From: Octopus vulgaris
Taxonomy: Eukaryota
Direction: 5' to 3'
Length of the DNA stretch: 64,000 bases
Assembly (NCBI GenBank): GCA_951406725.2
Contig: OX597840.1
Coordinates: 15,810,001-15,874,000 of the forward strand
Shown: positions 43,201-57,196 of the stretch, piece by piece
How positions within the stretch are numbered: the stretch's first letter is position 1
How the letters are laid out: each line of letters opens with the position of its first letter
Notes under the pieces: model-generated
The model's database searches: none
Told to the model about the DNA's origin: nothing
What the model saw: only the letters and a program-made list of their open reading frames with translations
Translations under genes and position numbers: made by a program

Positions 43201-46117
43201 ACATCAAAACTTTTCAAAAAACAAAATGTCAAAATATTGCAACCAAGTACTAAAAAAGAAGAAATTTAAATTAGCAATTTTATTCACTTCTTTATGCTTA
43301 TTTGCAATATTTTGACATATTTTGTTTTCTGAAAAACATCAAATGCGAATTAGAATTTTTGATCTCTTTTTTATGCTTATTTTGCAATATTTCGACACAT
43401 TTTGTTCTCCAAAAACTTTTGTGGTTTCAGTGATAACTATGGTCAATATTAGTAAACTGACCGATAATAAGATTATATTTATCCAAAAAATCACTACATT
43501 ATCAGAAGTTTTCTGATAACAAAATGTGACAAAATATTGCAAATAACCGTAAGAAAGTGAACAAAATTGTTAATTCAAATTTGTTTGTTCTCAGAAAACA
43601 TATTTGTTCTCAGAAAACAAAGTGTTAAAATATTGCAAATAAGTACTAAAAATCAACAAATTTGAATTAGCAATTTTGTTCATTTTTTATGCTTATTTGC
43701 AACATTTTGACACATTTCGTTATCTGAAAACTTTTGATATTTTAATGATCTCTTCGATAACTATAATCTTATTATCAGTCAGTTAACTAATATTTACCAA
43801 AGAGATCACTAATATCACAAAATTTGCAAATAAGCATAAAAAAGTAAAAAACACAAATGTGATTTTAGGTTTACTGATTAACTTTATCCAAGACATCACT
43901 ACAACATCAAAACTTTTCAAAAAACAAAATGTCAGAATATTGCAACCAAGTACTCAAAAAGAAGAAATTTAAATTAGCAATTTTATTCACTTCTTTATGC
44001 TTATTTGCAATATTTTGACATATTTTGTTTTCTGAAAAAGCAACAAATGCGAATTAGAATTTTTGATCTCTTTTTTATGCTTATTTTGCAATATTTTGAC
44101 ACATTTTGTTCTCCAAAAACTTTTGTGATTTCAGTGATCTCTTTGGTAAATATTAGTAAACTCACTGATAATAAGATTATATTTATCCAAAAGATCACTA
44201 CATTATCAGAAGTTTTCTGATAACAAAATATGACAAAATATTGCAAATAACCGTAAGAAAGTGAACAAAATTGTGAATTCAAATTTGTTTGTTCTCAGAA
44301 AACATATTTGTTCTCAGAAAACAAAGTGTCAAAATATTGCAAATAAGTACTAAAAATCAACAAATTTGAATTAGCCATTTTGTTCATTTTTTATGTTTAT
44401 TTGCAACATTTTGACACATTTCGTTATCTGAAAACTTTTGATATTTTAATGATCTCTTCGATAACTATAATCTTATTATCAGTCAGTTAACTAATATTTA
44501 CCAAAGAGATCACTAATATCACAAAATTTGCAAATAAGCATAAAAAAGTAAAAAACACAAATGTGATTTTAGGTTTACTGATTAACTTTATCCAAGACAT
44601 CACTACAACATCAAAACTTTTCAAAAAACAAAATGTCAAAATATTGCAACCAAGTACTAAAAAAGAAGAAATTTAAATTAGCAATTTTATTCACTTCTTT
44701 ATGCTTATTTGCAATATTTTGACGTATTTTGTTTTCTGAAAAAGCAACAAATGCGAATTAGAATTTTTGATCTCTTTTTTATGCTTATTTTGCAATATTT
44801 TGACACATTTTGTTCTCCAAAAACTTTTGTGATTCCAGTGATCTCTTTGGTAAATATTAGTAAACTCACTGATAATAAGATTATATTTATCCAAAAAATC
44901 ACTACATTATCAGAAGTCTTCTCATAACAAAATGTGACAAAATATTGCAAATAACCGTAAGAAAGTGAACAAAATTGTGAATTCAAATTTGTTTGTTCTC
45001 AGAAAACATATTTGTTCTCAGAAAACAAAGTGTCAAAATATTGCAAATAAGTACTAAAAATCAACAAATTTGAATTAGCCATTTTGTTCATTTTTTATGT
45101 TTATTTGCAACATTTTGACACATTTCGTTATCTGAAAACTTTTGATATTTTAATGATCTCTTCGATAACTATAATCTTATTATCAGTCAGTTAACTAATA
45201 TTTACCAAAGAGATCACTAATATCACAAAATTTGCAAATAAGCATAAAAAAGTAAAAAACACAAATGTGATTTTATGTTTACTGATTAACTTTATCCAAG
45301 ACATCACTACAACATCAAAACTTTTCAAAAAACAAAATGTCAAAATATTGCAACCAAGTACTAAAAAAGAAGAAATTTAAATTAGCAATTTTATTCACTT
45401 CTTTATGCTTATTTGCAATATTTTGACGTATTTTGTTTTCTGAAAAAGCAACAAATGCGAATTAGAATTTTTGATCTCTTTTTTATGCTTATTTTGCAAT
45501 ATTTTGACACATTTTGTTCTCCAAAAACTTTTGTGGCTTCAGTGATCTCTTTGGTAAATATTAGTATACTGACTGATAATAAGATTATATTTATCCAAAA
45601 AATCACTACATTATCAGAAGTATTCTGTTAACAAAATGTTACAAAATATTGCAAGTAACCGTAAGAAAGTGAACAAAATTGTGAATTCAAATTTGTTTGT
45701 TCTCAGAAAACATATTTGTTCTCAGAAAACAAAGTGTCAAAATATTGCAGATAAGTACTAAAAATCAACAAATTTGAATTAGCAATGTTGTTCATTTTTT
45801 ATGCTTATTTGCAACATTTTGATACATTTCGTTATCTGAAAACTTTTGATATTTTAATGATCTCTTCGATAACTATAATCTTATTATCAGTCAGTTAACT
45901 AATATTTACCAAAGAGATCACTAAAATCACAAAAGTTGCAAATAAGCATAAAAAAGTAAAAAACACAAATGTGATTTTAGGTTTACTGATTATCTTTATC
46001 CAAGACATCACTACAACATCAAAACTTTTCAAAAAACAAAATGTCAAAATATTGCAACCAAGTACTCAAAAAGAAGAAATTTAAATTAGCAATTTTATTC
46101 ACTTCTTTATGCTTATT
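37209..46117. repeat. Related satellite with ~704-bp unit (about 13 units including truncated variants)
   Basis: AGAGATCACTAATATC at 43801, 44505 and 45209 (period 704). Shares AGAGATCACTAAA, TCAGTTAACTTATATTTA and TGCAATATTTTGACA with the 141-mer. Confidence 0.96.
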
Positions 46118-46764
46118 AAAATTTACAGGAGCGGGTGTTTAGGAATTCTCTGTTACATCAAGCTAAAAAATTGGTGCCAGCCTTTAAATCGTCAATGTGT
46201 TGCCGTCCATGATGAAGAAGTTTTGAATGCTTGCCATGGTGAGTCTACTGTCGTGAGAAAGAATCACTTCAAAACTTGGTGCTTAGGAATTTTCTTTTAC
46301 ATCAAGTTCAAAATTTTACGCCAGCCGTTAAACTGCCACTACGTTGTTGTCCGTCGTTAAGAAATGCCAGCCATGGTGACACTACTATCCTCAGATTCTA
46401 TTTTCATTCAGCTCGCAAGTTCGTCTGACCTTTTTAAATGTTAGCGTTTTGCAGTCTGCCTTGAAGCAGACCTCTCCATTGTCCCTGCCTGATTTTTATG
46501 ATTGATCTTTCAAAATATTTCATTCTCAACTTACTCAAGATCTTTTGTTGTTTATAAATGGGAGAGAGATAGATAGAGAAAGATAGAGAGTAAGAGAAAG
46601 CAAGGGAGAGTTCGAGAGAATATAAGAATAAGAGAGTGGGGAAGTGAGAGAGAAAGGAGAGAGAAACAAAGAGGGAGAATGTGGTGATAAAAAACAGAAT
46701 GGAAGCAACAAAAAGTAACAACCACACTCTTACCCGCACCGTAGAGCGGGTTATCTTAAGCTAG
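46118..46764 (+). mobile_element. Helitron-like segment with 3' terminus
   Basis: Hairpin ACCCGC-ACCGTAGA-GCGGGT (46732-46751), then CTAG|T at 46761-46764. Internal imperfect ~145-bp duplication (46134 and 46279). Confidence 0.75.
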
Positions 46765-47262
<498 letters not shown>

Positions 47263-47268
47263 ATAGAA

Positions 47269-47341
<73 letters not shown>

Positions 47342-47352
47342 CAAATAGATAT

Positions 47353-47569
47353 ATTTCTTTATTGCCCACAAGGGGCTAAACATAGAGAGAACAAACAAAG
47401 GGATTAAGTCGATTACATCGACCCAGTGCGAAACTGGTACTTTTATTTATCGACCCCGAAAGGATGAAAGGCAAAGTCGACCTCGGCGGAATTTGAACTC
47501 AGAACGTAACGATAGACGACATACCGCTAAGCATTCCGCCCGGCGCGCTAACGTGTCTGCCAGCTCGCC
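47353..47569 (-). mobile_element. SINE family B (tRNA-like head)
   Basis: Reverse strand GGCGAGCTGGCAGA...GAGTTCAAATTCCGCCGAGGTCGACTTTGCCTTTCATCCTTTCGGGGTCGATAAA...GTGGGCAATAAAG, with a B-box-like GTTCAAATTC. Preceded by a (GATA)n tract. Confidence 0.8.
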
Positions 47570-48099
47570 TAGACAAATAGATAGATAGATAGACAGATAA
47601 ATAGATAGACACATACATACACAGTAAGTTCGGCATACCTACACACACACAGACTCACATACATATACACACATATGTAATGTGTGTATGTGTGTGTGTG
47701 TGTGTATGTATAAATGTATAGATACACATACACATACACACACACATGCACATACACATATCCATCCTATATTCAGCTATGAGCTTGGCTGTTCTTGCAG
47801 CTGTTCAAACAAACTGGTTGTTAACATCCTTTTTCAAAATAAGAACCGGTTGTAAAATTTTAGCTGAATATTGAAGAGAGACCATATTTTGATGACAACT
47901 ACCCCACTAATTAAAATTACCCACTCCACCTGTGCTGACAGCAATAACGTGGCCATTTAATGTCTTCAGGTAAAAACTAATCATGTCATTTTGCAGTGTA
48001 AAGATATTACTATTTACATATATAGATTCTGAAGATTGGTAAAATATATTTGCCACGATGACATCATCATCATATATTATATTATATTATATAATACTG

Positions 48100-48260
48100 T
48101 AGGTTTAGCTGTACAGCTAAAGGGTCATTTCCCAACGTCAGGGCTCTGGGTTCAGTCCCACTGTGTGACACCTTGGGCAGGTGTCTTCTACTATAGCCTC
48201 AAGCTGATTAAAGCCTTGTGAGTAGATTTGGTAAATGGAAACTGAAAGAAGCCCAGCATA
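48100..48260 (+). mobile_element. SINE family A, 5' part
   Basis: GGTTCAGTCCCACTGTGTGACACCTTGGGCAGGTGTCTTCTACTATAGCCTC...ACTGAAAGAAGCCC. Confidence 0.7.
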
Positions 48261-48312
48261 TATATTGTTTGCGTATATATTTTATGTATGTTTGTGTATG
48301 TGTGCGTGCGTG

Positions 48313-48370
<58 letters not shown>

Positions 48371-48374
<4 letters not shown>

Positions 48375-49517
48375 ACGGAACGGACTGGAATCGCCCGTCG
48401 TCGCTCGTCCCGAACGGCTCGCACACTAGTTCCGCCACGGAACCCAAAGAGGCGGAGAGAGGAGATACAGATAGATACTGCCACAACCTCAACAGCACAG
48501 AGATACAGAGGCACAACCCGAGATACAACCCAAAGAGGCAAGGCAACAACTGGCAACACTGGCTTATATTCAAACAACAGTTTATACGGCAATTACAATG
48601 TTACAACATCAAGATACATCAAAGCATGCACGTGACTACTCAATACATAATACAACATCATGTAACAATATATCAGTCCGGAGACGCAACAAGTCATATA
48701 CAGTATTTCAAAGGTACACGTCCGAAGACACAGTTCTCTAAAGTCTCTTTTTCTAAACATCACAAATAACAAGTCCTTTACTCTTCTTCTTCACAATGTC
48801 CTTTATCGACCACATCGACAGAGTCCTTGACTGTTCAATACACAAATCACATACCTCAGTTCCTAATTGAATCTGCCAGTGTCCCATTCCTCTCAATACT
48901 GCTAATTCCTCTGAATACTGCTAATTCCCTTCTGTGCCGCCAAGCTTTCTCGCATCCAACTTGCTCCTAAGAATTCCAACGCTTGTTCCTTAAATCCAAG
49001 GTTCCATCCACTCGCTCTGACCTCCAGAGTCCGTCCGTGTTCCTCGACGACCGCTCAACGACTGCCCAGAACCTCACTTCCTTGTCCTGACTTCCACTCC
49101 CTCATCTCCCTCTGTCTATATCGCTCCTACCCTTTCTAACTGCTCTCTGATTCCTTACTCTATCTATATCGCCTCAATCCCTTAGCCTCTCTATCTGTCC
49201 CTTACTGCTTATCCTTTCTATTTGCCCTCTGCTCTTACTCTATCGCTATCGCCTGCCAGACTCTTAGCCTCTCCCTCCGTCCCTTACTGCTTATACTCTA
49301 TCTCTATTTGCTCTCATCCCTTAATCTGTCCCTTTTCTTTCACATTCTCCTGACCCTCTTCTCAGCCGCACGAGGTCACAGGTCATTCCAAAACCCATTA
49401 GTCCTCCATTAGACAAAAGACTGTCACATTTTCACCAGACATACTGGAACCATATCCACGATGTGGGTCACCAGAAACACTACACTAATTAAACCCGAAA
49501 TGCACTTAGCCAACCGT

Positions 49518-49521
<4 letters not shown>
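48371..49521. mobile_element. Probable solo LTR (Gypsy-like), 1151 bp
   Basis: TG...CA ends with inverted termini TGTTACGG / CCGTAACA, flanked by ATAT on both sides within (TA)n. No coding content. Confidence 0.72.
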
Positions 49522-49564
<43 letters not shown>

Positions 49565-49565
49565 C

Positions 49566-49807
49566 ATGTATAATGTGGTTGGAATCTGGAAGGGTGTCCA
49601 GCTGTAAAAATCATGCTAAAACTAACTTCACCTGAGTTAGTACCTGATAAAAAGCACTGAGTCCACTCTGTGGAGTGGTTGGTGTTAGGAAGAGCATCCA
49701 GCCATACAATCCCTGCCAAAACAGACAGAGTAGCCCTAGGTAGACTTTCTACCTGGCTGGCTCTTGTCAAACCCATGCATGCATGGAAGATGGACGTTAA
49801 ACAATGA
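49566..49807 (+). mobile_element. SINE family C fragment
   Basis: GGAGTGGTTGGTGTTAGGAAGAGCATCCAGCC...ACCCATGCATGCATGGAAGATGGACGTTAAAC. Confidence 0.65.
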
Positions 49808-49811
49808 TATA

Positions 49812-51179
<1,368 letters not shown>

Positions 51180-51183
51180 ATAT

Positions 51184-51372
51184 TAGAAGGCGGCGAGCTG
51201 GCAGAAACGTTAGCACGCCGGGCAAAATGTGTAGCCGTACTTCGTCTGTCGTTACGTTGTGAGTTCAAATTCCGCCGTACCTGTTACGCACTGGGGTCGA
51301 TGTAAACGACTTAATCCCTTTGTCTGTCCTTGTTCGTCCCCTCTATGTTTAGCCCCTTGTGGGCAATAAACA

Positions 51373-51422
<50 letters not shown>

Positions 51423-51477
51423 TTGTTTAACGTCCATCTTCCATGCATGCATGGGTTTGACAAGAGCCAGCCAGGTA
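51184..51477 (+). repeat. Inverted duplicate of 49750-50079 (SINE B + (TA)n + SINE C tail)
   Basis: Reverse complement shares copy-specific variants (GTGTAGCCGTAC, GTTGTGAG, GTACCTGTTACG) and the SINE-microsatellite-SINE junction, with one internal deletion. Confidence 0.88.
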
Positions 51478-51921
51478 ACCTAGTGAAATAGCATCCGACA
51501 TCGTGATATATTGATATATAAATATATACATCTTTGAAACAAATATTTTATGGAAATATATGAGTGGATCTTTTTTGTTATTTGAGGCATAGTTATAATT
51601 TTGAAAGACTAGATGACAGCATAGTTGCTCCCCTATTTATTTATCTATGTGCTAGAGGTTGCTTGTGGATATGTATGTGTATAAGTGTATGTGTGTGTTT
51701 ATACATATAATTATGTATGTATGTGCGATTGATCTGTGGTTGTGCGTGTGCGTATTTGCGTTTCTTGACTAACTAACCGTAAAATTTCTTTTGTGATTCA
51801 AATTTCAAACTACAAGCCAATCGAATTAATCTAGAATAATCAATATCAAGCGGACAGAATAACTAAACTCATAGTTATTTCGATTTTGAAAGGATGGACT
51901 TGGTGCAAACATAACTGTATC

Positions 51922-51955
<34 letters not shown>

Positions 51956-52310
51956 ATTAATAGTAATTTTTATTGACTTTTATAGGTTTATAATTTTTAT
52001 GAACTGAACTATGGTTTTTTATTATTATTTTTCAGGTATAGGGATGATTTTAATTTAAATAGTAGTGCGCATACATCTCCCTATGTGTTAGTTTTTAGAA
52101 CTATTAGCCAAATATGTAAAATAAATGTGCTTATTAATATTAATATATACACTGATATATATTTTGTTTTATTTTGTTTTGTTTACCTTGCATTATTGTA
52201 TCAATGAGTATTATATATGTGTAGCATTATGGAGTTTATGCACAAGTTTTTATATTTTTATATTTATATGTATATGGAAAAATAATTTTTTCACAATTAT
52301 AACAAATTAA

Positions 52311-52425
52311 ATTCTCTGAAGAGGCCGTGGGGCATCCTTGTTAATGCCTCATTTATACCTGCCTTTATGGCTTATAGGTTAAATGAGGTATGACTGCCCT
52401 TACTGCCGAAACAGCTGTCAGATAT
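52311..52425 (+). ncRNA. Type I hammerhead ribozyme with long helix II
   Basis: UCU-CUGAAGA(52316-52322)-GGC...GCC-GAAA(52408-52411)-CAGCUG-UC-AGA. Intact core, G-C closing helix II, palindromic helix III ACAGCUGU, predicted GUC cleavage after 52419. Confidence 0.75.
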
Positions 52426-52605
52426 GATATAATTACATATTATATTTTATATTTTATATTTCTATTTCCTTGTCTATTTATATTTACAATATATTTTGTA
52501 TAATGCCTTTACTGATATGTAATGGTGTAATAAAGTATTGATTGAGTATCATCTGATAGTTGATGTTTTATTGATTTAAGTATGTTTCTCCATTTTCTAA
52601 TTTTG

Positions 52606-52647
<42 letters not shown>

Positions 52648-52659
52648 TTTGCTACTCTA

Positions 52660-52856
52660 CACACAAGGGTCAAAATTTGGGGGGAGGGGCCAGTCGATTA
52701 GATCAACCCCAGTACACAACTGGTACCTAATTTATTGACTCCCAAAAGGATGAAAGGAAAAGTAGACCTTGGTGGAATTTGAACTCAGAACGTAAAGACA
52801 CATGAAATACCGCTAAGCATTTTGCCCAGTGTGCTAATATTTCTACCAGCTTGCCA
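52660..52856 (-). mobile_element. Diverged SINE family B
   Basis: AAAGGATGAAAGGAAAAGTAGACCTTGGTGGAATTTGAACTCAGAACG...CTAAGCATTTTGCCC. Confidence 0.7.
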
Positions 52857-53272
52857 CGTGTTCTTGTCTGTCTCCTTGATTTACACGTCTACCACCACAA
52901 CCTCGTTTAGGCTTAGCAGCCCTTCCTGTTTGTTTTCACTGTCCTGTTTGTGTTACCAATCTTGACCCTCTGCAAAATCTCAAATTTTATTTAATTTGCT
53001 TTGCAGAAGCAACTGTTTTATCGAAAGCGTATATTGTTGTTAAATGCTCGAAATACGAGAGTAGAAAAACAGCCAACAACTGATGAAGATTTGTTCTTCA
53101 AGTTGTTTGTTTTGTTTTCCATTTGTGTCCTTCGTTGTTAAAAAAAATAGTTCATATTCCATGTGCTCGTACTTTGTATTATTTTGTTGTACACGTTTCA
53201 TGACATCCTGTACCCACATATGCATATATATATACATATATTTGTGAAGATATAAACATACGTATGTATATA

Positions 53273-53363
<91 letters not shown>

Positions 53364-53627
53364 TATCTATCTCTATATATATATAACTGAAAAAGAAGGA
53401 GTGGAGATTTGTTCACATTCAAAACTTTTTTATTAAAACGTTTTCTACAGCATAAATATATAGTACAATACAGTAGAAAACAATAAGGAGTGTATAAAAT
53501 CATATATGGCAGAGAAATAAAATTTTCTTATTGTTTTCTCTTGTATCCTGTCAGCTCCTGTCAAACTGTCCAACCCATGTCAGCATGGAAGACGGGTGTT
53601 AAATGATGATGCTGATGATGATAATGA

Positions 53628-53694
<67 letters not shown>

Positions 53695-53699
53695 TATAT

Positions 53700-53833
53700 A
53701 ACCACATGGTGCCAAGTTCAGTCCTACTGTGTGACACCTTGGGCAAGTGTCTTCAACTATAGCCTCGGGCCGACTAAAACCTTGTGAGTGGATTTGGTAG
53801 ACGGAAACTGAAAGAAGCCCATCGTATATATGC

Positions 53834-53886
<53 letters not shown>

Positions 53887-54060
53887 TTCCCCCATGATTG
53901 CATGGTGTGTTTATGTTCCCGTAACTTAGCAGTTTGCCAAAAAAGACCAATAGAATAAGTACTAGGCTTACAAAGAATAAGTCCTGGGGTCGATTTGCTC
54001 GACTAAAGGCGGTGCTCCAGAATGGCCAGTCAAATGACTAAAACAAGTAAAAGAATAAAA
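53700..54060 (+). mobile_element. SINE family A
   Basis: CTGTGTGACACCTTGGGCAAGTGTC (CORE-like)...GGCGGTGCTCCAGAATGGCCAGTCAAATGACT. A SINE C tail lies just upstream at 53552-53629. Confidence 0.78.
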
Positions 54061-54121
54061 GTATGCATATATACATACATTTCTATATATATCTATATCT
54101 AGCTATCTATATCTATATCTA

Positions 54122-54161
<40 letters not shown>

Positions 54162-55162
54162 CATACATACATATATACATACATACATACATACATATAC
54201 ATACATACATGCATACATGCATCCATACATACACACATATATATACATACATATATATATAGGAGGAATTACAACCGTGTTTCGTGGTCTGCTACCCCAA
54301 CAGCTCCTTTATAGTATCCAGTTAGCTCAAGACATCATCAGGAGGAACAAACGTCCGGTTTCGGCCCCTACTTCTCTACCGTTTTGACGTGGCGCCCACC
54401 CCTACTTTCGGAGGTGTCTTCAGCTCTGGTGTTGGGTGCATGTCTTCTTTCTTCTGTTCCCTGGCCTCTTCGATGTATCGTCAGCGAGTGTCAGCCGGTG
54501 ACTGACTGTCTTAGCAAATTTCTCCCTTAGGCTCCAGCAGGCAGCCCCAGCAAGTTGTCACGTGACACTGTCTGACTAGTGAAGGCGCGTAGTTTCAGCC
54601 CGCGCTTTTTCTAAACGACCGTCACCTGTCAGTCAGCTTGTCTCACCTAGTGATGTTATTTCCCGTCGGCGTGTTTATGACTTTCAAGCCATTTTCGGTC
54701 TTCCCGCTTCAGTCATATATAGAAGCTAGGTTTTTCGACCGCCTCAAGTACTCTCCTTATTAGTTTACGCAGCTCGGGGCTAGAAAAAACAAATCTTCTT
54801 TTGAAAAGCGTTGTCATTTTCTTTTCAATAAAGCCTCTAGCCCCCAATGCCATGTGATAATATTCGACATTCCATCCCTGTTCTCTGCATTCTTCGATTA
54901 GCTATTCATACCTCTTCTCCTTTCGTTCCTCTGCATTGCCGATGTTCTCTTCCCAAGGTACTGTAAGTTCTAGTAAAATTCCCATTCTCCGGTCTCTGTT
55001 CCATAGAACTAAGTCCGGTCTTTTTGTTGTTTTTATTAGTGGAAATACTACTTGTCTTTCCAAGTCCGTGGCCACCTCCGAGAATCCCTTCCATCTTTCG
55101 TCTATCTCGTATACTTTACTTGTAGGCCTGGTTTTATAACCTTTTCCCTCCTTGTGGAAGTA

Positions 55163-56434
55163 CGAGGGACGTTCAATAAGTAATGCCCCTGACCCACTTG
55201 CAGTTGTTTGATCTAGCTGAAATTTTGCATGTGCAAATATTTATATCTCTATAGATTAAGTAGCAAATTACAGCTCTGAACTAATTGTGGTTTCTAATTT
55301 GAACTGAGTCAAGTGTGAAATGGAGCCTGTTGAGTGTCGAGCAGTGATCCGGTTTTTGTATTTGAAAGAACGCACACCTCGGGAGACTTTTGATGAAATG
55401 AAAGTAACTTATGGTGATGATGCCCCATCATATGACCTTGTAAAACGCTGGCATCGTGAATTCAAACATGGTCGGAACTCTGTGGAAACAGCTCCCAGAT
55501 CTGGTCGCCCCCCACTTCTGCCATTGATGAGGCATCTGTCCGTCAAGTTGAGGCTGCCATTTTGGAAGATCGACGCATAACTATTCGCCAAATAGCCCAT
55601 GAGGTCAAGATTAGTACCGGGTCTGTGGAAACTATCATTCATGACCATTTGCATATGCAAAAGGTGTCTGCCAGATGGATTCCCAGGTTGCTCACACCTT
55701 TCCAGAAGCAAGAACGCGTCGAGTGCTCGAGGATGAATTTGGAGATGTGTCAAAATTTTTCAAAAGACTGATTACACACGATGAAACCTGGGTCCATCAC
55801 GATGATCCAGAGACCAAAGCCCAGTCAATGCAGTGGAAGCACCGTGACTCACCTCCTCCAAAGAAGGCAAGGGTGCAGCCCTCCGCTGGCAAGGTCATGC
55901 TCACAGTCTTCTGGGACCAGGATGGAGTAGTGATGACAGATTTCCTGGCAAAGGGTACCACAATTACAGGAGCCTATTATGCTTCACTTTTGAGGAAATT
56001 AAGAGAAGCTATCAAAATCAAGAGGCGGGGCAAGATCAGCAAAGGCATCCTCCTCCTGCAGGACAATGCTCCGGTCCACAACTCGCGTGTCGCCAGATCA
56101 GAAGCACAGGCGTGCGGCTATGAACTCCTCCCCCATCCCCCCATCTCTCCTGACTTTGCACCCTCTGATTTTCACCTCTTCCCAGCCATGAAGTTGTTTC
56201 TGAAAGGAAAGCGTTTCCCAGATGATGCAATCTTGATTTCTGAAGTCACGTCGTGGTTGGAGGACCAAGCTGGGGTCTTCTATAAAAACGGTCTCCAGAG
56301 CTGCATCAAACGATGGGAGAAATGCATAACTCTGGGTGGTTCCTATGTAGAAAAAGACTAATAACCGTGCCAAGTTTCGTTGCTCTACTGCTATGGGAAG
56401 TGGGTCAGGGGCGTTACTTATTGAACGCCCCTCG
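55163..56434 (+). mobile_element. Full-length mariner (Tc1/mariner) transposon, 1272 bp
   Basis: TA TSD at 55161-55162 and 56435-56436. ~37-bp TIRs CGAGGGACGTTCAATAAGTAATGCCCCTGACCCACTT / AAGTGGGTCAGGGGCGTTACTTATTGAACGCCCCTCG. Confidence 0.96.
55320..56361 (+). pseudogene. Mariner DD34D transposase, frameshifted
   Basis: HTH region (RAVIRFL...PRSGRP), WIPRLL, THDETWV, QDNAPVH, SPDFAPSDFHLF. Split across ORFs 55320, 55562 and 55675. Confidence 0.93.
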
Positions 56435-57196
56435 TATACTTTCCTGCGCTTTTCTACTTTTGGGTACTCTCCCCTATTGTACCTCTCGATCTTCTCCTTG
56501 AGTGCTGCGCTTATGACACCGAGGACTTGATTATGCCGCCATGTATATCTTTCAAGTGCTAGTCTGCAACTTGACAGAACATGTCTAACCGTCGCTTTCT
56601 CTCCGCATCTACACTCATCGGTTTTGTTTATGTTCCACCGGACTAAGTTCGTCGGTGAGGGTAGAACGTCGAAGGTAGACTTGATCAGGAAGGATGTTCT
56701 TGCCTGTTCCCAAGCCCAAAGTTCCTTCCACGATATTCTGCGGTTGATCACATATTCTTACCATCTCAGGCACTGTCCCTGTTGACTGCATTGCACCAAA
56801 TGTACATTTCGCCTTTCTTATTCCTCCTTTCTCACTTCGTATGCCACTGCCTCTTTCATCTCTTTTACACTGCTCTTGCAAAATGGCCTGAAATTTTGCC
56901 ACCCTAGACCGGTTCTAGCTTCTTGTGTCGCTCCGACTATATTTGCGTGCTTTAGTTTTCCGATCGCCCTGTTTAATGCCTCTTCTGCCTTCCCTTTCCT
57001 CCCTGTTCGTACCTTTGGAGGGTTTTCCCGGATGCTCATTTTTTTTTAATACCTTAGCATCATTACTGTCCTTGCCTTTCCTGCCTTATATTCTTCGGCG
57101 ATTGATGTTATTGGCAGTTGCAGCACGGGTTTTCCATATTGTGCAGTTGTATTCAGTGGTTTCGGCAGACCAAGCCATTTTCTGATAAACGCTTGT

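Larger units (their letters stand above)
54262..57196 (-). mobile_element. RLE-type non-LTR retrotransposon (HERO-like), 5'-truncated, interrupted by mariner
   Basis: Minus-strand fragments FIRKWLGLP, KVRTGRK, IVGATQEARTGLG, FLIKSTFDVLPSPTNL, zinc knuckle CRCGEKATVRHVLSSC, RYTWRHNQVL, and after the mariner RPDLVLW...LLELTVPWEEN...RKEKRY (restriction-like endonuclease). Multiple stops and frameshifts. Confidence 0.85.

Noticed and set aside
19344-46117. CRISPR-like repeat array or repeated short ORFs
   Set aside because: Whole units are repeated with no unique spacers, no cas genes and a eukaryotic context. The ORFs are incidental satellite translations.
53010-53110. CTGATGA and CTCGAAA motifs as a hammerhead
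   Set aside because: No consistent stems I/III or NUH site can be drawn. At most a decayed PLE-like terminal fragment.
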